The notes under the pieces are model-generated. The model had not been told where the DNA came from. It saw only the letters and a list, made by a program, of their open reading frames with translations, and ran no database searches. A program made the position numbers and the translations under genes. Positions 28,845 through 42,608 of a DNA stretch of 64,000 nucleotides are shown here, piece by piece; positions within the stretch are counted from its first letter, which is position 1, and each line of letters begins with the position of its first letter. Origin of the DNA: Amoeboaphelidium protococcarum X5 (Eukaryota > Fungi > Aphelidiomycota); contig JALDTO010000155.1 in the NCBI GenBank assembly GCA_023515725.1, forward strand, positions 1 to 64,000. Direction: 5' to 3'.

Positions 28845-30932
28845 ATGTCGTTATCTGCTCTGTAGTAACCTCCGATTGCTCCGAGTGAATTTGCTCGTAA
28901 AAGGAGTATCTAGCTGGTGATGAGATAATAGCCTAGGCACAGTAGAGTGTGTGGCCAAGACCGTAGACCAATTGATCCACCTCCAATTATTCAGTTTATC
29001 CCAGAGAAGGCCAGGAAGGCTGCTGCGGTAGATCATCAGGCGGCTGGTGGGATTAGCGACTCTATCGGCAGCGGCGATAATAATAATAGCAGTATTGGTT
29101 CCGGTAATATCATGAATAATAGTAGTAGCAGTACAGCCGGTGATTTGGCTTTGGCAAAGTAGTTGAGCACTACCAATACACGATAAAGTCTTCGAGGATA
29201 AGCGAGAGCCACTGGATTCTATAAGGAGTACACGTCATCAGTCTCATCCGGATCGTCGGCGAGTAAGGTGGAGAAATTGAGTGCCTCTCACCAGTCGTAT
29301 AATACAGATACGTCTGGTAGTACTATGCTCACATCATCTACTGATGAATTCTCATCGCCGCTCTGGTTCATGTATGCTTCGCTTGTTGATGTCAATTCTG
29401 GTAAGGAAATCACATTATTGAAAGATGGCAAGACGCGGAGTACTTTTGGCTCTATTGTCTCCTCTCTGTATCGTCTCAAAGATCTCAATAGTTTAGACGC
29501 TGGATTCTTTGTATTCCCAGATTTGAGTATCAGAGTTGATGGTGATTTCTAGCTAAAGTTCTCCCTCTTCTACCTGTACATCGACGGTGTTGGCGGTGAA
29601 AAGGTTAAATTTGTAGACTCTATTGTATCTGATGTATTTCATGTGTATCCTGCTAAGAGATTTCCTGGTATGTCAGAGTCCACTGAACTTTCGCGTCTCT
29701 TTGCTGACCAAGGTATAAAGATTAGAATAAGGAAGGAGTTACGTGGTCGCAAGAATATGACCAATAGTGTCGCATCTACATAAGATTAGCAGTTTGGTGA
29801 CTCGTAGAAGTATTTTGGTGGAGATGGCTCTGGCTCTTCTGCCGATAACTAGACGTCTATTCCTACTTTGACCGCTACCTCTTCTTACAATAACAGTGTC
29901 AGTAATCATCAAGGTTAGAATTAGAACAAGCGATTGAAGTTGAGTGGCGAGGATGCTTCTGGTATTGATTAAAGTTAACATCAGGCTGGCAATAGGTACG
30001 CCTATAGTTCGCGTGATAATTAGGATGGTTCCGTCGTAATGTATCCACGTCGTAATGAGACCACGCGAATGTACAGTCTATCTTCATAAAGCAGCAATGG
30101 AAATGGTAATGCTGGTAACAGTTCGAGAAGGCCGATGGGAAATAGCCATCTGCGGAACGAGGATTCCTATTCAGATGGATCATATATAGATGAGAATAGA
30201 CTACAGAGTCAAAGCGGTATGGATTCCAGCCAGACTAGGCCAACGCTGCCATCGTTAAACAATGCCTTTGGACCTCCTGCTCCACCTCCACCACCGCCTC
30301 CTTCGTAATAGACACCAATGTTATAAGCTTAATAAAAAAGGACTAGTGCGGGTTCTATGCCATATAGTTAGGCGCCACAACAATAGTTTGTGTTTTAACA
30401 GGTGGCCTAGTTCAGTCAGCCTCCTTATCCTGTGATCAACTTCTCTCCAGGTGTCGGTGGGAACAGTAATATTCAGGGAGACAGTCAGCAATAGTAGTAA
30501 GGCGGATATATTGATTATCAACCGCGTCCTGTCTAGCAATCATTCGGTGTCTATGGCGGACCTTGGCTATAATATTAGAACATTTAGTAGTAGTAGTAGT
30601 AGTAGCGTTAGTAGTCATAACAATAGCCTTAGTAGTAGCAATAGCCTTACACTAGCTAGTTGATAATGGGAGGTAATGGTATGCCTCAGGCAATCGTTCA
30701 CTATGTGCAGTCGGGTTATCCTAATCAGAGTTTGTATCCTGGTCAGAGTTAGATTTAGCCAGTGTAACAGTCACCTTAGACGTACTAGTAACAGTAATAA
30801 TAGTCATACATCTAATAATAGCCAATCTGCCGGGATTAGAACTAGTATCCCGTGAATGCTTATAATGGTATGCCGTAGTAATGGTAGCCTTAGTAATGGT
30901 AGAATGATCCGTCACAACTGCAGTACTAATGA
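28845..30932 (+). CDS. Velvet-domain transcription factor, VosA-like architecture, 695 aa
   Basis: [27 protein letters not shown]; [12 protein letters not shown]...[23 protein letters not shown]; [26 protein letters not shown]; long Q/P-rich C-terminus; ends TAA TGA. Confidence 0.92.
30585..30605 (+). repeat. (TAG)7 in frame, a polyglutamine tract in the velvet protein
   Basis: Seven consecutive TAG codons in the velvet frame, within a region that mixes CAA, CAG, TAA and TAG. Confidence 0.85.
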
Positions 30933-30944
30933 TATTGCTATCCA

Positions 30945-31350
30945 TCCTTCTAAGAATGTTGAATTACCGCATTGTGTGCAACGATTCGACAACCCGCCTG
31001 CTCTTATTCGCCAAGTTTTCTATGAAAATGGTCAGTTCTATCCATATAATAGAACTTATTGTAACTCCACTAAACATAATGTTAACGAGATCAATCGTTA
31101 GGCTTTAGACATGCTGCCAACCTAAACTAAAATTATCATGCAACCGACACATGCGTCGGTGATAATCCTCTTGGACTTGATCTAGATATGCTAAGTAATT
31201 TAAAATGCTTGGATTGCCACCGTCTTAGTTGCCACTTGAAGTTTATGCAGAGGCGACTATACTTGCCAAATGATGTGTTCGCTCATGGTCAATTTTACAC
31301 TGCGACCGAAGAGCGACGCCCTGCACGTGACTCCTTGAAAATCATCATAA
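30945..31350 (+). mobile_element. Degenerate Helitron-type PIF1 helicase fragment (frameshifted, internally deleted)
   Basis: Pieces in alternating frames read LIVTPLN / HNVNEINRQALDMLP / YHATDT...LDMLSNLK / GLPPSQLPLEV / LYLPNDVFAHGQFYTA...SLKIII. They are collinear with Helitron helicase motifs ILTPxN..V..IN, GLPPHxLxLK and GLYLPxPVFSHGQLYVA. Confidence 0.75.
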
Positions 31351-31436
31351 AGATCATCGTCATTGCCGATTGCCGATTGGACTCCTATTCGATTAGCTAA
31401 CAAAGGCATATTCTGGCAACGTCATTGCTACTAATT

Positions 31437-31454
31437 CACACACACACACACACA
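31437..31454. repeat. (CA)9 microsatellite
   Basis: Read directly from the sequence. Confidence 0.9.
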
Positions 31455-31675
31455 TTTCTTTTGGTCTAAGAATCTTCGGATTAAATCTTACACATAAACT
31501 GTGCGATTACATTGCTGTAGAAAATTAATTGTAAAGTGCTTTCCCTTTGCTCCGCACATTGATTAATAATTATAGTAGTATACTAATTTGAAGATATCCG
31601 CACATTGTTGAATTAAGAAGGGTCACTTGATCTAATTTAAGCATATTTAAATACAGCGTCAATAAATATTTCCTT

Positions 31676-33409
31676 ATGGTCATTAATTAAGGAAGCATTT
31701 AGTCTCAGTTGCAATAAGAGCAACGTCAGCATTAGTAGTAGTAGGACAAACTGAACGGTGCTGTCGGAGTGTCACATAACAGCAGTAGCCACAAAGAAGG
31801 ACTTGTGTATTAGCGCACAACTTCTACTGATCGAATGAACATGGATGCATTGAATCTAGTTGCTTTTGCTAATCAATCTATGATTAAGGAGCAGCAATCC
31901 CTGGAAGATCAGCAACGATTCTCTTAGTCATCAGTGGATCATCATCATCATCAGGACAGTTTAGAGCAAAGAGAGTCTAGCGAGAGTTATCGGTATAGAC
32001 ATGCCGCTACTGCTACAACTGGATCAAGTCTCGACACTAGCTAGAGCTCGGTTGCCGTGGCTGATGACTCTCTTAATTTCAGTACAAATTCCGGCAATTT
32101 GGTGCAGGAAGTAGATTCATCGGCTTAATCATTGGTTAATTCTGACAAGACTTCTATCAGGGCGCTGCTGGATGATGATCAAAACAGTCCTTTGGAGATG
32201 GCTCTGTAGAGACTTTCGTATACTAGAAGAAGTTTGTAAAAATCTCACATCAGTGTGTCCAAGTTGGGGGACATTGATGAGCATTCTTCGTCTTGTGATG
32301 TGCCTGATCAATTAGAGTGTACGGATAGGAATGCTCCTACTGCTTAGTCTCTACCCGCTTCTCCTATGAGTAGAAAGTATATGAATGCGAGCGGGCCTGC
32401 GCATATGTTTCAGCCTTTAAAGAGAGAAGAGTCGTCAGTGAGTAGTCCCTCTCTGCCCAGCATTAGAGTAGTTGACAGTCAAAGTAATAACTAACATGTC
32501 CGCGATATCTTGAGTCGTCCCGCTGATTTTCCTGTTCATGAGTAATCCTTTCCGTCTTACTAGCATCCTGTTGGTGCTTCTCAGGCGCCTATACAAAGTA
32601 ACGGCCGATATTATTAGCCAACCGCGCCGCCTCTGTATCCTGGCTACCCATATGGTCATCCTATGCAGGGACATTCATAGTATGCTCATGGACCTTTTAA
32701 TGCTCCTGCTGCATGGAGGCCTGCTATGCACTCGGTCAGGCATTGGCATCCCTATGCTGCTCCTCACGTACCTGTTGGCTTTCAGCCATACGCGCATCAT
32801 CATCATCCGTCTTCCGCGCCTTATGCTGTCCAACCGGGACCTAACAGTAGTTGGGCAGTGTATTCCATGTAAGGCAGGCTTTATAGCAAAACACCGTAAC
32901 AAGTCTCACAGTAGATGTATAATGAAGAGTCTGATGAAAAGAAGCGGTATATGTGTGACGTGTGCGGTAAGCGATTTGCGCGGCCATCATCTCTGACGCA
33001 GCATATGAGAGCGCATACTGGTGAGAAGCCGTTTGTATGCTCTTATGCTGGCTGTAGCAAGAAGTTTAGTATTTTGAGTAATCTGCGCCGTCACTTTCGG
33101 ATTCATGACAGCACTGCTGGTGATTAGGCGCTGTAGAATCGTCGCCAATCTTCAGCCTCATCAGAGATGGAAGAGGATTTTGAAGAGGAGGAGGAAGGAT
33201 CTGAGTTGGTCAGTGAACGCACGTCTCCAGATTCACAGATCAAGGCGAATGATAGAGAATAAGGTCATGGAGCACATTTTAGGTAGATCGAGGACCCGCG
33301 ATAGTAATAATAATAATTTCATCATCAGCAAGAAGAAGAAGAATGGTAATAATAATCATCCGCGTCCACGTCTGATGGGCGCAATTTGCAAAAGCATTAA
33401 TCATTATGA
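31676..33409 (+). CDS. Two-finger C2H2 transcription factor (MtfA-like finger pair), 577 aa
   Basis: [53 protein letters not shown] with Q/P/H-rich flanks. ATG 31676 and TGA 33407 are in frame under TAR=Gln. Confidence 0.85.
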
Positions 33410-33708
33410 GTTGGACTGTTTGAACGCACGATTAAATGCACACTGGCTCGCATTTGCACATTAATTGAGAATTAATTGAGAAGACAAAGTGGACTTTCTG
33501 AAGTTTATAAGAGATTTGATGATTGAAAGTTTGGGAACAAATATATTTTTTAAGTTGTAGGTATATAATTCTGTAATAGATTTATACGCGCTGTTTTGAA
33601 TTCGCAGACCACAAAGCATACAGTCCAAGTGCGACGGTGAACTAACCCCTCTTTTCCCCTTTAAGCAAAAAACTTTTAGAAATCTTCAACACGATCAAGA
33701 CAATCGAG

Positions 33709-35547
33709 ATGGAAGAAGATTAGGATGATATTGTAAGTGTTTAGGAGGAATCTTTATCAGAATTATGGGCCGTAGAATTTCCTGGACACGTTATTAGTAT
33801 AAACAAGGCTGAGCGAATGCTTGGCGGCATGTAAGAGCTGTATCAAAGGGTGTAACATGGTCATCAAGTAGATTTGCGATTGAGACCTTCCAGTATAAGC
33901 GCGCATCCAATTGCTGGATAAACTGTGACTACCAACAATTTATATCTGATTAAATTATCTTTCGAGTAGAGCGATGGTTATGAGCTGCTTGGCGGTATAG
34001 GGAAGGTGGTGAAATTTCGTGAAATGCCCGATTTTCAGTATCACTCTGTGGATGCTGGCGATGATTTTCACAAACTCATGCTGGCTGTTGGCGATGGGGA
34101 TACTGATGTTATTGATAAAGTACTCGCTGGTGATAATGATTTGAAATTCGCGTCCAAATATAATAAAGATGGCTCCCTTCTACCTATACCCGTCCAATTC
34201 TCTCGCGTCAAAGTGCCATATGATTACAAGTACAAGTAGCACGGAAATATCTCCACCACCTCAATTGATATAGCTGATCATAATGGTCTTTACTCAGAGA
34301 GATACAGTGAGGATACAGGCGAATAGCGATAAATTGCCTCTTCCTCAAATAGCCATAAGTTTGTTTAGTATCAGTATGACGATAACACTTCCGTGCCTCA
34401 GAATCCTCCAGCCGCCTATGACATTAATAATAAGGATCCTTCTAGTGCACATTAATAGGAAGAACAGTTAATGTTGACCGTGCAATCTTTATTTGATAAC
34501 ACTCGCCCGCTGTGGTTGTTCTATTAATTGCATAGTGAAGTCAAAAAGACTATACCGAATGTATCAGCGGAGATTTTGAAGAATGCCGTTGGATAAATTG
34601 CATATCGGTTTAAGAATGGACCATGGCGCTTTTGTTGGGCCAAATTTGGGTATGATCCACGCTTAGATAGTACGGCAAGATTCCTGCAGCTAATAGAATT
34701 GCGAGTGCGAAATATTGATATGCATTTTGCTGATGAATTCAGAACGTACGTGAATAATCTACCAACATCTCTGCCTGAGCATCTAATGGACCTAATACCA
34801 TATCAACCCCTTCAGCTCAGTGGACGACTTATGCAGATGGTTGATGTGAGAATCCCTCAATTTCTGCATCTCTTATCTCAAAGTGGAAACTGTTTACGGG
34901 ATGCTGCTGATGTTCATACTGGATTTTTTACTCAGCGAATGCTCACAGTATTGAGGCGATTTACACTCAGTATCGTGTCCACAGCTGAGTCTCAGTATAC
35001 ATACTCTCTCATAGATGATGAGATGCTGGATGCACTGTTAGAAAAGTCTTTGGCTTCTCTCGTTTAGAATTCAACGCGTTCTCATAAGCAACATGATGAT
35101 GATGATGATGTCGATTAATCTCGATAGGTTCCTCAATAGCAATCATAAAGTCATAGTATCGTTGACTCTAGTACGTTGTTGACTTTTTTAGATAACAGTC
35201 AGGCATTGAGTGGATAGACTAATCTCTTATCTCTATCATAACCAAAGTCTATAACTGAACTTTTAATGACAACTACCGGGCAAAGACGTGAGAATTTCCT
35301 GAATCAGCAGGTGGACGCTCTGATGAAGCAATTAGATCCCAATTTTGTCAATAATAATGATGGCGATGATGATGCCGATGTTTATGACTATGAGCTGGAT
35401 CATCAACTGAATAATGAAGAGTTTGAAGGCTCAGATTATGACATACTTGGTGATGATGAAGATTCTGATCATCCATCATACAATGAAGACGGATATGGTG
35501 TTGATAATGATGGACCTGAAGATTAAGATGATAATCACGAAGACTGA
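33709..35547 (+). CDS. TFC1: TFIIIC subunit tau95 (Tfc1/GTF3C5), 612 aa
   Basis: AVEFPGHV...AERMLGG, FREMPDFQY, AYRFKNGPWRFCWAKFGYDPR and an acidic C-terminal tail. Confidence 0.88.
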
Positions 35548-35624
35548 TAAAGTCATAGCTTGATATAGAATAAGTCAAAGGAATGTCAATTGCATTGAAT
35601 AAAGCGTGTTATTACCACCAAAAT

Positions 35625-36785
35625 TCACTATTATAATTATTGTCGATACTCTTCTTTAAGTCCATTCTCGTCAAAGTAAATCTTATCTGCTCCCTTTCTG
35701 GTCAAAATCTCATAGCCGTCATGAGTGATGAGGATACCTTGTTCAAATTACGCACTCCACTTACCATCCTTTGTACATGATGTCCAATTATCAGGCCAGG
35801 TGACATCGTGCCATGAACCAGCGTTAATCATCGGCTCAATGGTGAACGTATTACCAACCTTCATTGTACCGATTGCTTTATTATTAGCATAATGCGGAAT
35901 ATTAGGCACACAGTGGAACAGTCTGTGTATACCATGACCGCAATAAGTCCTGACAACAGAGTGTCCATTCTACTAGGCAACTTTACTAATCACATTTCCA
36001 ATTTCTCTAAATCGCACACCAGGACGACAAATCTTGGTCCCCTCCTCCATACAAGTACGCGCTGAATTGATCAACTTTATCGCTTCTGCATACCTGGGGT
36101 CATCAAGATCAGCACCTTCTCTGGTGACAATATACGTCTCATTCAAATCACCATGGAACCCGTTATAGTAAACTGTGACATCCAAATTGACAATATCACC
36201 ATCCTGGAGTGGACGCTTGTCTGGAATACCATGGCAGATCACCTCATTCACGGATATACATACACTTTTAGGAAGGTTGCGATAATTAAGCGGTGATGGA
36301 TAGGCACCATACTTGATGCAGATATCATGCACGGCGGCATCTATTTCATCAGTAGTTATACCGACACGAATCAGAGAGGCTGCATGATCCAGCACTAATC
36401 TTCCCAGAGCACCAGCCAATCTCATTTTCAATAAATCTTTAGGATCATTAAGCTGAACAATTTGCGCCGCTTTCAGAGTCTATTCAGATTTCGGGATTCC
36501 ATCAATGTGGTAATCAGGCCTAGGAATATGCTCAGGAACAGGTCGGCGAGATGAGAGCGGATAATGAGGTCTCAGCTCTCCAGTATAAGAATATGTTGGC
36601 CATGGATCTCCTTCAGCGGGTGGAGCGGTGTGCTTAAACTTGTGCTATCCCCAGTTCTTTTTGAAGCAGTCTTGAGTGCAGAATACACTAATAGTGCCCA
36701 GCTTTTTACATGTAGGACATTGCATCACGCCAGCATTATCACATCCAATTCCTTCACACAATCTAGTCGCTATATTCGCTGTCAT
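35625..36785 (-). CDS. MAP1: Methionine aminopeptidase 1, 386 aa
   Basis: N-terminal zinc finger (CPTCKK...[11 protein letters not shown]), [43 protein letters not shown]. Ends TAA TAG TGA. Confidence 0.96.
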
Positions 36786-37041
36786 ATTTCAAGCTTAATA
36801 TATAAAGATGTCTTGCCTAAATAGTGGTGGACAATTGCGGATCAACGATGAAAATCACTCAACAATTATATCGAATGATCAAGAGAAAAGAAGAGAGAAT
36901 TTCATTAAGCGATTATTCTTTTGATTGGCTCATCTGATCATTTTGTTGTCGATCCTTTTCCTTCAATCTCGTTTAATTCCTTGCTGGGAGTTAATTTAAA
37001 ACAGAGGAGATTATAGACTAGAGTAAAGATAAAAAATAATT

Positions 37042-37749
<708 letters not shown>

Positions 37750-37802
37750 TTACTCGTGATTTGAAAATCAATGCTATTTTCTATGCAAACTGTATGACAT
37801 TA

Positions 37803-40800
37803 TCAACTATTTCTCTTTGATGCTTCATCTCGAAGCTCTTTTAAAGACTTTCTAGGTGCAGCCATCTTCTTTTAACGGCCATTAGTAGATCGCCGTCTTC
37901 TCTTATGGACACTTTTAGACTGTCCTCTAACATTGCCTTTCTTCTACGGCTTTATCGTCTCATCTTCAGTGCTAGTACTATCTTCAGGTTCAACACTCTG
38001 CACAGACGCTTTACCTTAATTTAACGAGCGCGACTACTTATTATCCTCTTTATCAGCATCATTGTAGCAGGATAATCTATCCACAGCCTTCTAAATTCTG
38101 GGCTTCAATTTCAAAGTAGAATGACTAGGGGATGATATAATGTACTAATTCAAATTTGTCTAAATTGACTTCTTAGCAGACATTGATTTCAAAACTGGCA
38201 CTACAATAGAGTCGACTTTATCCACAGTCCACAGTAGTTTATGAGTGAGGAAATGCCTCAGCTTATCCAATTTTGGAAATTGCCATTAAAATTCCTGACT
38301 AGAATTATCAACCTCAGGATGCAGATAAGCGTCCAGTACACGACGGTCTGGGAATCTGAGAGGAAACTGATACTTTTACATGGCTGCCTTACCCATAGAG
38401 TCAACAAACAACTAATACTCAGCAGGAACATCACTTCCACCAGTACATATACTTTAAAATAGGGCCAAATTACCAATCATATCAGAGGAATCAAACTCTG
38501 CAAGCACTTCCATTGCTCCAACCACTCCAATGCCGCCGACACCATCAGTGTAATCGCAGCCGAGCAGGTAGGCCAGAAATATGATCCGATCCACAGTGAG
38601 ACATAGATGCCGCTCAATATCATCCTTGCTGAAGAATTCAATAAACTTTGCCTGATTATAAAAGTTCCTGTATACTTTAGTCGCACCAAAAGCAAACACA
38701 TCAGAGTCATCACTGATGATACCATCGACAAGGCCAATCTTTTGCAACTGCACACACTATGCCTCAGCTTCACCTGGAGCAATTAAGAATGGCACACCAA
38801 AGAGATTGAGCAATTCCTAGACTTCTAAAACCATATCGCTAGTAACTGAAGTCTAAGTATTAATGGACTACTATTGTCTGTCAATCAAAAGCGCATCGAT
38901 ACTTGAAGAGGACTATTATATTGCAGGATGTGACTATTACAATAAATTCTCATCTGGTACTTGAATCATTTAAATTTTCCCATTCTATACCATTTACTCC
39001 ATGAAGAGATCATTCTTCTATTTAGTATCAACACCATGAGCCTCTGTATTTAACAAAGTGGACGGAGCAGGTGCATTAAACTCTTTGTCGTCAACTCGGT
39101 CAGACAAACTCGACTTCAATAAGGAATCAGCATCACCCGAAAAATCCATACTATGCTCTTATTAAAAGTCAAAATTACCTTCTAACTCTTTATCTTTAAT
39201 CTCTACAAAATCATCAACACTCAGCCTTTGATCTTAAGATTCTACATGAGACTATTAGTTGTTTTCGGATTGAACCGAGGGCTGATCTTTTGTAATGGAT
39301 TACTCCTATTCAATACCAAGAAATTAACTAATATCCGGCAGATCGTAATCAACACTCTCAAACAAAGCGCTGCTCTACGGCTTACTCTCTACTTGTCTAC
39401 TCTATCGACGAGGCTCCTTAAGAATAACATCCTTGGCAAATGCAATCTAGAGAAGTGAATCACATAGAAACTACTTCAATTGCTTCTGCTAAGAATCCGT
39501 CTAATCTAAATAATCTTAAAGCCCCGTCTTCAACTAAGTGTACTACCGCTAAAGCTCTGAGTTACTCCACGTATACAAAGCATCCTGTATAAACTATTCA
39601 TCATCATCAGTGGAATTATCAGGAATATTCAACATTAATTCCTAATAAATCGATATCAGCTTGTCATCACTACCCATATGAGTTCTAATCTCAGTCGCTC
39701 TATCATCTCTGTCCGGATCACTGTTGTTAAAATCATCATTAAAATCAATAGTGGCCGCTTAAAGCCTCTTTCCAACACAACTCTAATTACTCGCGTCCAT
39801 GCTTTATATCTAGGATGCCTTGGGCTACATGGTCCACGTAGAATTGTTATTATTCTTAACCAAAATGTACTCTTTATCTTAATTTGATGCAATACGACTC
39901 TTTTTGACATTGCGATCATTGATGTTGGATAAGCTGTGCATCTTTCTAGTCAACCGACTCCTCTTGACAATACCCTCAACTTACCGCTTACTAAATCGGA
40001 CATCAGTAAAATCTATGGAGCCACCAATGCTTCTACTACCAACTGCACTAGAACCGGTACCATCCTAATCTTCATCATCTCCAGCATAGATATCATGGAA
40101 CGGCTTGTGCCATAATCTACTCCGGAGCTCCTGCAATACAGCCATTTAATCCTAAGCATTCAATCTCTGAAAATCAACAGAATCTATATCAATCATTTCA
40201 AGCTCATACTTTGTGAGTTTCTCCAACTAATGTCTATCACATAATCTTTAAACTCGTTCATACAACGAAGTCAGATCATACACATACTCTTCATCCTCTT
40301 CATTACTTTCATTTTCATTAGAGCTGCTTTCAAAGATTAAATCTTTATCATCCGTATTAGATGTCTTTTTATCGCTAGTACCTGGTGAGATATCATTATA
40401 AACAATAGCCTTCCCTTCAACCACCTTCTGAGCATAATCTCTCAATTTCGCGATGACTACGCGCGACCTTTACAGTTCAATCTTCTCAGCCTCAGCGTGC
40501 TCTTTATTACGACGCAACTGCAATACTTACTTCTTCACCTCGGGAACATTGGGGCCATCAAATACAAAGACGGGACGAATATCATAGTAGAGCAGTTTAC
40601 ACAATCGCTTGAGGAATAGATTAATGTGATGATTAATCATTCCATCCTTCTGCACTTTAATCGCCTGATACAACCATATGGACGCATCAATAGCCACTAT
40701 TTAATTCGACAACGCCTCCAATCTCACTGGAGTTGCAGTCTACACATTTAAATAAAAAAGATTTTTGGTTTAAATATATAATATTAAACACCTACCGGCT

Positions 40801-40831
40801 CCAGTAACTGCCATAATCCTTTGATTCCCAT
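37803..40831 (-). CDS. RAD2: XPG/Rad2 endonuclease, join(40796..40831, 37803..40739)
   Basis: MGIKGLWQLLEP, AIDASIWLYQ, PVFVFDG, long spacer, APGEAEAQC, SDDSDVFAFGA, LLGCDYTDG; one 56-nt intron. Confidence 0.93.
40740..40795 (-). other. Spliceosomal intron (56 nt) in RAD2
   Basis: GTAGGT...ATGTGTAG; removal joins LLEP to TATPVRLEAL in frame. Confidence 0.9.
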
Positions 40832-41032
40832 CTGATTAAACGTCAGAACTCAAGTGATGAAAACTGGGCTCTAAGCAGAGCAGAGAGAGAAAAGATATTG
40901 TTTCAACGACGTAACGGCTGGAATTTCTCTGCGCTCAGATTCAAGTTACAATGGAGAAACGACGCGGGACATTATTGGAATAGACAATTCATTAAATTAC
41001 TACTTAATACCAGCTGTAGTAGTACAAAGTAT

Positions 41033-41731
41033 TCATAAACCACAGCGAAGGTTGGCTGGGAGAGCAGTGTCAATTTTCTTGGGATATGGCAGGTTCAAAT
41101 TGGCCATGAATTTGATAAAATCATCTCTGGACAGTGTAAAGCGTGGATTAAACTAACGTTCTTCACGTATACTAGAACACGTACGAACTTTATAATCATG
41201 AGCCGGATAGACAAGAGTGTCTTCAGGCAACGACATTAACTTCTTGTGCACATTGTCGTATAAATTACCAGCATTGCCTTGCTAAAAGTCAGTTCTTCCA
41301 CAGCCTCTAATAAGCAGAGTATCTCCTGTGAATAACAATCCTTATTACTCGAGATAAAAGCACATGCAACCATCAGTGTGACCAGGCGTTGATATAGCTT
41401 TCAGTACATGATCACCAAACTGCACAGTATCTCCATCATCAAGAAGCAAATCAGCCTGAGCTTAACTAGCGCGAGAAATCACAGACTTGACCTGCTACAA
41501 TCGCTACTTGATCGCTCCAGTTCCAGTTATATGGTCAGCATGACAGTGAGTGTTCATGGCGTATTTCAGACTCAGATTCAACTCTTTGACAAATTGCAAG
41601 TCACGCTCGACATGTTCCACCACAGGGTCAATAATAACAGATTCTCTAGTCTTGACACAGCCGAGAATGTAAGTAAAAGTACTACTCTCTGAGCAGAATA
41701 GTTATCTAAAAATTAAAGATGCTCCAGGCAT
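41033..41731 (-). CDS. ETHE1: Persulfide dioxygenase (ETHE1-like metallo-beta-lactamase fold), 232 aa
   Basis: [79 protein letters not shown]. Confidence 0.93.
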
Positions 41732-41924
41732 ATTACTGCTGATGTTATTATTATTAAAAAATACTCTAATTAAACCAAGCTAGTTCAGTAAGAATTTGGA
41801 TCAATAACAAAGTCTGGGCCGGCCGATTAAAGAAGTATAAAACAAAGAGCACTTCGCGTCAGAACGATAAAGTCAATGTGCAAATCTAGAGACGATTGAT
41901 CTAATTAAATTATATGTTCAAAAG

Positions 41925-42371
41925 TCAATGAGGCTTGGGCTTGAAACCATCTACTGCGAGATTACGCGTCATTGAAGGAATTTGGACTGTCATTCCATCC
42001 AACGCCTTGGACATTTTAACTTGACATCCAAGACGCGACGTTTCTGTAAGACCAAACGCCAAATCTAACATATCGTTCTCTTCATCGGATGGCTCATCCA
42101 GCTTGTCATAATCCTATTGATCCATAATGACATGACACGTTGAACAGGCAAGGGAACCTTCGCATGCACCCTCTAAATCTACGTGATTAGCGTGAGCAAT
42201 GTCCAACAGATTATCACCTTCATTAGCGCGACACTCCACCACATCTCCATCTGAAGTTTTGAATGATACTCGCAATGGTCCATCAGTAGATATTTTCTTG
42301 TGTCGCAATAATCGCGTATAGTTTATATATCGAATATTTGTACTAATTCTGAAAGCTTATCGAGATATCAT
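41925..42371 (-). CDS. YAH1: Mitochondrial 2Fe-2S ferredoxin (adrenodoxin type), 148 aa
   Basis: Arg-rich presequence, [33 protein letters not shown], ending KPKPH-TGA. Confidence 0.93.
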
Positions 42372-42608
42372 CACTTGGCAATCTATAATGAGTCTATAAC
42401 AAGACGTTTTTCGTTGGTAAAATTATCGATAGAACTCTCTCTCTCTCACAGTCTCTGTCTCCGTCGTTGGAATGCTGGAAGTAAACGAGCGAGCGCGCGC
42501 AGAGTGAGAGAGAATAATGCTCGGTCTCGAAATTGATCCACGAGCTCAGAGCTTTATTGTTTAGAAAAAGGATTTTTAAATTGACCAAATTTTAACTTTT
42601 CCCGTAAG

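Noticed and set aside
30560-30930. TAG/TAA-rich periodic tract as a non-coding repeat or CRISPR-like array
   Set aside because: It is the in-frame Gln-rich tail of the velvet protein; there is no repeat-spacer structure.
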